Positions 10,283 through 17,446 of a DNA stretch of 55,178 bases are shown here, one piece after another. Origin of the DNA: Thermoplasmata archaeon (lineage in GTDB: Archaea > Thermoplasmatota > Thermoplasmata > GCA-020350865); assembly GCA_020348445.1 (NCBI GenBank), contig CP070751.1, positions 896,138-951,315 of the forward strand, read 5' to 3'. Numbering within the stretch: the first letter of the stretch is position 1; every line of letters begins with the position of its first letter. The position numbers and the translations under genes were made by a program. The notes under the pieces were generated by a model. It searched no databases, was not told where the DNA came from, and saw only the letters and a list, made by a program, of their open reading frames with translations.

Positions 10283-10702
10283 TTGGCTGAATTGTTAGAT
10301 AAATTTGAAAAAAGACTATTGAATACCAGAGAGAAGATAAGGACCACCAGAAGGGAGATAACAGGTGGTGTTGCAGAGGACAAGGCAAGAGAGCTTGGCA
10401 AAAAGGTCTACAATGAGCTTGACGAGGATCTGGAAGCCCTTTCTAAAGCGATAAAGGAGCAGAGGGCACAGGCAAAGGAGCGAAGAGCAAAGATCTATGA
10501 CGAATTAGAAGAGAGCGTAAGTGCTGCAAGAACCAAGCTACGGAACAAGAGAAGGGATATCACAGGTGGAGTGGTGGAGAATAAGGCAAAGGATGCTGGA
10601 CGGTATGTAAAGGAGAAAGGCGGGGCTGCTTTAAAGGAGATCGAGGAGGATATATCCAAGATCTCGGAGAAATTGAAGAAGGCAAAAGAGGAGGAATATT
10701 AA
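10283..10702 (+). CDS. Hypothetical charged helical protein with internal duplication
   Basis: GGGGAG RBS before a TTG start; RR[ED]ITGGV.E[DN]KA occurs twice. Confidence 0.75.
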   Translation: MAELLDKFEKRLLNTREKIRTTRREITGGVAEDKARELGKKVYNELDEDLEALSKAIKEQRAQAKERRAKIYDELEESVSAARTKLRNKRRDITGGVVENKAKDAGRYVKEKGGAALKEIEEDISKISEKLKKAKEEEY

Positions 10703-10735
10703 CCCACACATTTTTTTGTTAGGGAGGTAGATGAA

Positions 10736-11245
10736 ATGGAAGAAAAAAAATCCATGGAAGAGACAAAACACGATAAGTTCGTGGAAATGGAAAAAATGGA
10801 TCTAGCAGAGTTAAAAAGTGAAGCTGCAAGAGCAACCGAAGAAACCTCAAAATACAGGCTCAAATTCAGGGAGTACGAGGAAAAGGCCAAGGAACTCATA
10901 GCAAAGGCTGCCAAGCTGGAAGGGAGGGCCGATATTTTGGAAGATAAATCCCGAGAGGCACAGGCAAAAAAGGGTGAATTTAAAGAAGCCTCGGAAGCAG
11001 CATGTTTAGAGAACCTGAAGATAGAATGCGCAAAACTGGAGGCAAAGGTTGCAAAAATGGAAACAAAGAGTGCAAAATTGGAGTTAAAGGCCGATAAAAA
11101 GGATCGAAGAGCAGCAGAGCTTCGGGAAAAAGCCCAGGAAAATATAGAAAAAGCGGCGGAAACCATTGAAAAGATAAAATATCACGAGAATGAGGAAATG
11201 GAGTACAGGAAAAGGATCCTAAAAATGGAAGGAAAGACCCAATAA
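10736..11245 (+). CDS. Hypothetical Lys/Glu/Ala-rich coiled-coil protein
   Basis: GGGAGGT RBS; repeated AKLE-type heptads; no catalytic motif seen. Confidence 0.75.
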   Translation: MEEKKSMEETKHDKFVEMEKMDLAELKSEAARATEETSKYRLKFREYEEKAKELIAKAAKLEGRADILEDKSREAQAKKGEFKEASEAACLENLKIECAKLEAKVAKMETKSAKLELKADKKDRRAAELREKAQENIEKAAETIEKIKYHENEEMEYRKRILKMEGKTQ

Positions 11246-11348
11246 TCCAATAACTGAAGTTATTACCCATATAAAAGAGTGTATCATAAAGATAAAATTG
11301 TATGAATTTCAAACCACAACCTGAGCTTGTATCCCCGTGGTGAGATAA

Positions 11349-12431
11349 ATGTCTAGATTATTCAAAAAAACATCAAAGACAGCGGGTCTTCCACCTGGAA
11401 CCTTGATTCACGTAGGTGATAAAAAGACAGAAAAGGTAAAAGTAACCATCATGGACTACGATGAATCGCATTTTCAGGAAAAGGAATGTAAAAAAATCGA
11501 GGAGTGCTTCACTTTTAAAGACAAACCAACAGTTACCTGGGTAAATATCGATGGCATTCATCAGGTCGATATCATCGAAAGTATAGGAAAGGCATTCAAC
11601 ATCCATCCTCTGGTTCTGGAAGACATTCTGAACACTGGCCAGCGGCCTAAACATGAGGACTTCGATGATTACATCTTCACAGTATTGAAGATGCTCTACT
11701 ATGATGAAAAAGAGAAAGTTGTAAAGACCGAGCAGGTTAGTTTGATTCTTTGCCAAAACTTTGTAATCTCTTTTCAAGAAAGGGAAGGAGATGTTTTCAA
11801 TCAAATCAGAGAAAGGATCAGAAGCGGCAAGGGTCGGATAAGGAAGATGGGGGCCGATTATCTCGCTTATGCTTTATTGGATGCAATCGTGGATGGCTAT
11901 TTTATTGTTCTTGAGAAATTCGGTGAGAGAATCGAGGGAATGGAGGAGGAGCTTGTCACCGAGCCAAAACACGAGACCCTGCAGACCATCCACGCCCTGA
12001 AAAGGGAAATGATCTACCTTAGAAAATCCGTATGGCCCCTTCGAGAGGTGATAAGCGGGCTGGAGAGGGGAGAATCACCCCTAATTAAGGAATCAACACA
12101 CATCTATCTCAGAGATGTTTACGATCACACGATCCAGGTCATTGATTCCATAGAAACATATCGGGACATGACCTCGGGTATGCTGGATCTTTACCTCTCA
12201 AGTATTAGTAACAGGATGAACGAGGTGATGAAAGTCTTGACAATTATAGCCACCATTTTCATTCCTCTAACGTTTATTGCAGGTATTTATGGTATGAACT
12301 TTAATCCTGAAAAAAGTCCACTTAATATGCCTGAGCTGAACTGGTATTGGGGATATCCTTTGGCTCTATTTTCCATGATCTTAATATTATTGATTATGCT
12401 GATTTACTTCAGGAGAAAGAAGTGGTTGTAG
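11349..12431 (+). CDS. corA: Magnesium/cobalt transporter CorA
   Basis: GLPPGTLIHVG, HPLVLEDI, QRPK.E, LRDVYDH, MNEVMKVLT and the YGMNF signature. Confidence 0.97.
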   Translation: MSRLFKKTSKTAGLPPGTLIHVGDKKTEKVKVTIMDYDESHFQEKECKKIEECFTFKDKPTVTWVNIDGIHQVDIIESIGKAFNIHPLVLEDILNTGQRPKHEDFDDYIFTVLKMLYYDEKEKVVKTEQVSLILCQNFVISFQEREGDVFNQIRERIRSGKGRIRKMGADYLAYALLDAIVDGYFIVLEKFGERIEGMEEELVTEPKHETLQTIHALKREMIYLRKSVWPLREVISGLERGESPLIKESTHIYLRDVYDHTIQVIDSIETYRDMTSGMLDLYLSSISNRMNEVMKVLTIIATIFIPLTFIAGIYGMNFNPEKSPLNMPELNWYWGYPLALFSMILILLIMLIYFRRKKWL

Positions 12432-12435
12432 AAAA

Positions 12436-13281
12436 TTATTTAGACTTTACTTTTGAAGGTTTCTTATCTTCAATCAGTCTACCTTCAAGTTCGTTTTTAA
12501 ACCAGACCTCTCGCTGCGGGAACGGAACAAAGATACCATTTTCCTCGAGTGTAGTTTTTATCTTCCACAAAAGTTCTCTTCGGACTGGATACCACTCTGG
12601 GGATGGAACCCAGAACCTGACCATGATATCAACTGAGCTGTTTCCAAGCTCTTTAACAAATACCATCGGCTCGGGATTTTTAAGTGTGATGGGGTGTTTA
12701 TCTATTATACCTTTGATGATGATAACTGCCTTGTCAGCATCGTCCTTGTATCGAATGCCAACCGTGTATTCCAGCCTCCTTGCCACATGGGTGACAAGGT
12801 TGGAAATATTGGTTGTGAAAACTTTTTCGTTGGGTATTCTGACAAAAACACCGTCGTACGTTCTGATTATGGTGGACATTATCCTGACATCCTCCACATA
12901 CCCCATCTTCCCCTCTACTTCAACCTGATCACCCACCTTCATGGGCCTTTCAATTACCAGGAAAATCCCTGCCACCAAGTTCCCAATCACGCTCTGGCTT
13001 GCAAGGCCGATGATCAAACCCAAAAATCCAGCTGCAACAAGAAGACCAGAGGGATCTATCCCCAAGATAGGTAAAATCAGGATAAAGGCGATTAATATGA
13101 TGATTGAATAAATCATCTTTGTTACACTTCTTAGATGCTCTTTTTTAACCTTATCCTTAAGTGATCTTCTTAAATTGAGGGATATTGCTTTCCCAATGAG
13201 CATAGCTATAACGAGAATTAAAACAACAACGATCAGGTCCAGAAGCGTGACATTTCCAAAGAGGATTATATCCAAATTCAT
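12436..13281 (-). CDS. mscS: Small-conductance mechanosensitive channel
   Basis: GLIIGLASQSVIGNLVAGIFL, ERPMKVGD, IPNEKVF, LGNSSV. The ATG at 13281 overlaps the upstream stop (ATGA). Confidence 0.93.
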   Translation of the reverse strand: MNLDIILFGNVTLLDLIVVVLILVIAMLIGKAISLNLRRSLKDKVKKEHLRSVTKMIYSIIILIAFILILPILGIDPSGLLVAAGFLGLIIGLASQSVIGNLVAGIFLVIERPMKVGDQVEVEGKMGYVEDVRIMSTIIRTYDGVFVRIPNEKVFTTNISNLVTHVARRLEYTVGIRYKDDADKAVIIIKGIIDKHPITLKNPEPMVFVKELGNSSVDIMVRFWVPSPEWYPVRRELLWKIKTTLEENGIFVPFPQREVWFKNELEGRLIEDKKPSKVKSK

Positions 13282-13985
13282 AATCCCCACTCCATTATAA
13301 ATTTGGTTGTCGCCACCTTGATTCTTCTTGCAGTATACAGTTCGATGGATTTACTCATCTCCTTATATAGAGGGGAATCATAGAATTCGATTTCACCGAT
13401 TCCGCCGGTGTAGATCCTCATGCTTGCCCTCATTGCCACCGTATTCTCATTGTAATATATCTTCATCCCGTAGGCATTGAACACGACCTGGGTAATTTCA
13501 TGCCATCTTGCTGTTGTGTTGGAGATTGTCAATTCGACTACACCCTCTCTAACAGGATCCACAGCTGGGAGCGAGGAATGAACATCACTTGCATAGTGCT
13601 TGCAAATAACACCGCCTCTTACTTCACCATAAAGGGTTAACTTCTGCTTTGCTAAAGTCATTATATCAAGAGATTTGGACTCCTCGCGGCCAATTATGAA
13701 GATCCCGATTTCTATGGGGAATGTTAAAAATATCTTCTTTGTGGCTTTCGGCTCAACTACAACAGGTCTTTTGAGCTCTAAAAGAAGATAGGGAGTCATT
13801 TCCTTTGGTTTGTGCAGGGGTTCTATAGGGTTGATAAGAATCCTTTTGCTCTCTGTAAGAAGGATTTTGTTTACATTCTCACCGTTGCATGTTCTTTTAT
13901 AGAGAAGGGAATCTCCCTTCTTTTCAAAAGAAATTAAAATGTCGTCTTTTTCTATTGTTACAGGTGCTTCATGAAAGCCAAACAT
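13278..13985 (-). CDS. DUF432 domain protein
   Basis: MFGFH.AP, LTFPIEIGIF, KLTLYG...G.IC.HY.S; translationally coupled to mscS, a pairing seen in euryarchaea. Confidence 0.75.
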   Translation of the reverse strand: MFGFHEAPVTIEKDDILISFEKKGDSLLYKRTCNGENVNKILLTESKRILINPIEPLHKPKEMTPYLLLELKRPVVVEPKATKKIFLTFPIEIGIFIIGREESKSLDIMTLAKQKLTLYGEVRGGVICKHYASDVHSSLPAVDPVREGVVELTISNTTARWHEITQVVFNAYGMKIYYNENTVAMRASMRIYTGGIGEIEFYDSPLYKEMSKSIELYTARRIKVATTKFIMEWGL

Positions 13986-14163
13986 GGGATTTCATTGTAA
14001 TTTGTGTATATAAAAGTTTTGAGAAGAGCGAAACTTGAAATTCAAGATATTTTTATATCAGATATTAAAATGCATTTATTTCTAATAATTTATGCTAAAG
14101 TGGCAAAAAATCCTCACTTTGTTAGGTAAATATTAAGTTCTATAACAATATGCCCCCATCTAC

Positions 14164-14787
14164 ATGAAGGATGAAATAAACTATGTAATGATAGATCCTG
14201 AATGCTTCTACTGTCTTGTCCTCTCCTCCATAGAGGTCTACAATAAGGAGACAACGGGATTTTTAATGGGCAACTACAGAATGCGGATCATAAATGGAAA
14301 GAAGAGAAATATCGTGGCCTGTGAGGTTGCCTATCCCCTGCAGACAGCCTATAGAAATCCCACTTTTGTCACGAAAGGCAACGAACGTGCATTTGAGAGG
14401 GTCAGGGCCACCATACCATCCATGAACCTCTATCTTTTGGGGGAATATCACAGTCACCCTTTCACAGATGCCTCCTTGACTAAAGATGATATGAATTATA
14501 TCCAAGATAGACTTGAGCAGATATATGGAAAAAAGGAGAATCTTATAAAGAATTACTGGCTTGAATTGGTGATTTCTATCAATAAAAAGAAGTATAAAAA
14601 GCCCCATAAACTGGGCTGGTCATGGCGGGATTACCCCCAAAAGGCTAAATGTAACGTTAAAATCAACCCCTATCTTGGTTACGACCTTACTTTTGGTGGA
14701 TATTGGGTCTATGTGGATGATGGCAGAATCAGAAAGATCCAGACCACGGTGTATATACCATGGGTTAAGGATTACTGGTCGTGGTAG
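14164..14787 (+). CDS. JAB/MPN (Mov34) domain protein
   Basis: N-terminal ETTGFLMG plus GEYHSHP-x6-T-x2-D, a JAMM-like motif with Ser replaced by Thr. Confidence 0.8.
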   Translation: MKDEINYVMIDPECFYCLVLSSIEVYNKETTGFLMGNYRMRIINGKKRNIVACEVAYPLQTAYRNPTFVTKGNERAFERVRATIPSMNLYLLGEYHSHPFTDASLTKDDMNYIQDRLEQIYGKKENLIKNYWLELVISINKKKYKKPHKLGWSWRDYPQKAKCNVKINPYLGYDLTFGGYWVYVDDGRIRKIQTTVYIPWVKDYWSW

Positions 14788-15046
14788 TAAGAATTTTTAT
14801 AACTAGGTATTTAAATACTCCCGATACAGTATAATTAGATAATTATGGAGTATTTTTTCCCAGATTAAAATCTTAATTTGTGGTTTATTCATTTAATTTA
14901 ACATATAATCATCGTCTTCAAATCGTATTTTATAATAAAAATAGTGAATTTAATGAAATATCTCAATATATTATCATAAATTATGAACTTTTTTATGATT
15001 TATTATTTAAATTAAGTATAATTTATAAACTTCTTACATAAATTAG

Positions 15047-15061
15047 CGAAAAGTTTAAATA
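15047..15061 (+). promoter_or_regulatory. Candidate BRE/TATA promoter for the leader region
   Basis: CGAAAAG followed by TTTAAATA, matching the archaeal BRE-TATA consensus. The surrounding DNA is AT-rich, so specificity is limited. Confidence 0.45.
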
Positions 15062-15093
15062 ATTAATTAACATTGAGGGTGATATCTATCCCA

Positions 15094-15147
15094 ATGCACA
15101 GATACTCATATATGATACCGGTGTAGGATGCTAGAGTAGCTGTGCAT
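15094..15147 (+). other. 14-bp inverted repeat (hairpin) in putative 5' leader
   Basis: ATGCACAGATACTC (15094-15107) pairs with GAGTAGCTGTGCAT (15134-15147) at 13 of 14 positions. Confidence 0.6.
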
Positions 15148-15175
15148 AATTTAGAGTTCTAGGAGGTGCCAACCA

Positions 15176-15232
15176 ATGGATAAAAAAAAGGAGAAAAAGG
15201 GGAAGAAGAAACAAGAGAAAAAACCAGAGTGA
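15176..15232 (+). CDS. Candidate 18-aa Lys-rich micro-ORF (MDKKKEKKGKKKQEKKPE)
   Basis: AGGAGGTG RBS at 15161-15168, 7 nt before the ATG; 10 of 18 codons are Lys; below the ORF-track length cutoff. Confidence 0.5.
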   Translation: MDKKKEKKGKKKQEKKPE

Positions 15233-15261
15233 TTTATATGCATGCATCCCATCCAAAAAAT

Positions 15262-15310
15262 AGGTGTTATTGACATTAAATTCTAATGTTGATAACACCT
15301 TTCTCATTTT
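15262..15310 (+). terminator. 17-bp hairpin plus U-rich tract (terminator-like, or a palindromic operator upstream of the lrp TATA)
   Basis: AGGTGTTATTGACATTA-aattc-TAATGTTGATAACACCT pairs fully with two G-U wobbles, followed by TTCTCATTTTT. TTTATATA lies at 15308-15315. Confidence 0.5.
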
Positions 15311-15346
15311 TATATAAATATTTTCATATTACACGAGGGTGAAAAG

Positions 15347-15805
15347 ATGGCAAGAAAGTTAAAACTTGATAAAATTGATAAAAAGATTATCGAGCTTTTG
15401 AAGGAAAACAGCAGAATGACCATTTCAGATATTGCCCGTGAGATAAATGATCTCACCGAATCTACTATAAGATATAGGTTGGAGAAGTTGGACAAAGAAG
15501 GATATATAAAGAATTATACTGTTATTCTAGATTCAAAGAAATTTGAAAAAAATATTTCTGTGATATTTAACTTAAAAGTCCTTCCTGAGCATATAGATAA
15601 TGCAATTGACTATCTAAAAGAACTTGGACCATTATCTAACGTATATCTTACCACGGGAACCTATCCCCTTGTGGTCATCGGTTATTTCAAAAATCAAAAA
15701 GAGATAACAGAGTTCATTACGAAGAAATTGAAAAACGTTCCATTGGTTGACTATGACGTGGCCCAGATACTAAAAAAGGAGAGGGAAATACATTATTGGG
15801 CATGA
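15347..15805 (+). CDS. Lrp/AsnC family transcriptional regulator
   Basis: LDKIDKKIIELLKENSRMTISDIAREI...ESTIRYRLEKL...GYIKNYTVILD HTH; RAM domain with TGTYPL. Confidence 0.95.
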   Translation: MARKLKLDKIDKKIIELLKENSRMTISDIAREINDLTESTIRYRLEKLDKEGYIKNYTVILDSKKFEKNISVIFNLKVLPEHIDNAIDYLKELGPLSNVYLTTGTYPLVVIGYFKNQKEITEFITKKLKNVPLVDYDVAQILKKEREIHYWA

Positions 15806-15851
15806 GGAGGATTTTCTTATTTGTTTTAAACAATATTTAGAGATGTAAAAT

Positions 15852-16883
15852 ATGAAAAAAGAAGAGTTATTAAAGGAAGAAATCGAACATATAGATATCA
15901 AGGACATTGATTCCACATCAATTATTGAAGCTTTTGAAAAGATGTCCTTCCAAGCTAGAAATTTAGCAAACGCCGCATCAATTTATGATAAAATGCTTAT
16001 GGATAATGACTGTACAATAATACTAAGTATAGCAGGTTCATTATTCAGTGCGGGTTTGAAAAAAGTTGTACGGGATTTAGTGAGGCATGATATGGTTGAT
16101 GTTATTGTATCAACCGGAGCTATTATGGTGGATCAGGACTTCTTCGCAGCTCTCGGTTTTAAACATTATAAAGGTACCCCGATTATAGATGACGAGATGC
16201 TTAGAGAATTGATGATCGATAGAATATATGATACTTTCATAGACGAAGAACAGCTCAGGACATGTGATATAACACTAGCTGAAATAGCAGATTCCCTTGA
16301 ACCTCGACCTTATTCCTCACAAGAATTTTTATGGGAAATTGGACGTTACCTTCATATGAAAAGAAAGGACAACGACTCCGTGGTATTGGAGTGTTATAGA
16401 AAGAATCTGCCCATATTCGTTCCAGCATTCTCAGACTGTTCTGCAGGTTTTGGTCTAGTATATCATCAGCATAAGCGGGGATTACAACCAAAGGTTACCA
16501 TCGACAGCGTTAAGGATTTTTTAGACCTGACAAAAATAAAGTACGCTTCAAAGGAGACAGGGCTGGTTATGATTGGGGGAGGAGTTCCAAAGAATTTCGC
16601 CCAGGACATTACCGTTGCTGCTGAAATTTTAGGAGCCGATGTGGGCATGCATAAGTACGCAATCCAAATAACTGTGGCTGACGAAAGAGATGGAGGGCTC
16701 TCAGGGTCAACATTAAAGGAGGCACATTCATGGGGCAAGGTGGATAACATCTATGAGCAGATGGTCTTCTCAGAGGCTACCATCGCTTTCCCACTTATTG
16801 CCAGTTATGTTTACCACAAAAACAACTGGACCAAGAGGCAACCAAAATGTTATGCAAAGATGCTTAAGGAGATTATGGAATGA
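15852..16883 (+). CDS. Bacterial-type deoxyhypusine-synthase-like enzyme (probable agmatine-condensing / homospermidine-pathway synthase)
   Basis: EHIDI...[73 protein letters not shown] with the catalytic Lys retained. Confidence 0.85.
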   Translation: MKKEELLKEEIEHIDIKDIDSTSIIEAFEKMSFQARNLANAASIYDKMLMDNDCTIILSIAGSLFSAGLKKVVRDLVRHDMVDVIVSTGAIMVDQDFFAALGFKHYKGTPIIDDEMLRELMIDRIYDTFIDEEQLRTCDITLAEIADSLEPRPYSSQEFLWEIGRYLHMKRKDNDSVVLECYRKNLPIFVPAFSDCSAGFGLVYHQHKRGLQPKVTIDSVKDFLDLTKIKYASKETGLVMIGGGVPKNFAQDITVAAEILGADVGMHKYAIQITVADERDGGLSGSTLKEAHSWGKVDNIYEQMVFSEATIAFPLIASYVYHKNNWTKRQPKCYAKMLKEIME

Positions 16884-17425
16884 TCCCATCAAGGGTGTTC
16901 TTCACAAGGGGTGTAGGAATCCACAAGGATAAACTAGCTTCATTTGAGCAGGCATTAAGAAAAGCTGATTTTGAAAAATATAATCTTGTTAATGTATCTA
17001 GCATATTCCCTCCAGGGTGTAAAATAATTTCCAAGGAAAAAGGATTAAGTTTATTAAAACCAGGGCAAATAACATATATTGTACTCGCCATGAACTCCAC
17101 CAACGAGCCAAACAGGTTATTATCAGCTGCTATAGGATTAGCTAATCCCGTGGACAAGAAAGAATATGGGTACCTTTCTGAGCACCATGCCTTCGGTGAA
17201 ACTGCAAGGAAATCTGGAGATTATGCCGAAGATCTTGCAGCCACAATGCTTGCCACCACACTTGGGATAGAATTTAATATCGATACAGCATGGGATGAAA
17301 GAAAACAATTGTATCGAGCCTCAGGGAAGATAATCAATACAATGAATATTTGTCAATCGGCGAAGGGTAAAAGGGAAGGAGTCTGGACCACAGTCGTTGC
17401 CGCTGGAGTATTTATTCTCGCGTAG
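16880..17425 (+). CDS. pdaD: Pyruvoyl-dependent arginine decarboxylase
   Basis: [30 protein letters not shown] (Ser-Ser autocleavage site), GYLSEHH; ATGA overlap with the upstream gene. Confidence 0.93.
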   Translation: MIPSRVFFTRGVGIHKDKLASFEQALRKADFEKYNLVNVSSIFPPGCKIISKEKGLSLLKPGQITYIVLAMNSTNEPNRLLSAAIGLANPVDKKEYGYLSEHHAFGETARKSGDYAEDLAATMLATTLGIEFNIDTAWDERKQLYRASGKIINTMNICQSAKGKREGVWTTVVAAGVFILA

Positions 17426-17446
17426 AACTCTCGGAGACATAAAATA

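Noticed and set aside
10736-11245. PspA/Vipp1/ESCRT-III homologue
   Set aside because: Only generic coiled-coil composition; no family-specific motif recognised.
14164-14787. CBASS or other ubiquitin-like defence system
   Set aside because: No CD-NTase, E1/E2, ubiquitin-like or effector gene nearby.
15094-15126. Second micro-ORF MHRYSYMIPV after GAGGGTGA
   Set aside because: Only 10 codons, a long RBS spacing, and its start is buried in the hairpin; too weak to call.
15852-16883. Canonical aIF5A deoxyhypusine synthase (dys)
   Set aside because: Motifs match the bacterial DHS-like clade, so the gene symbol was withheld.
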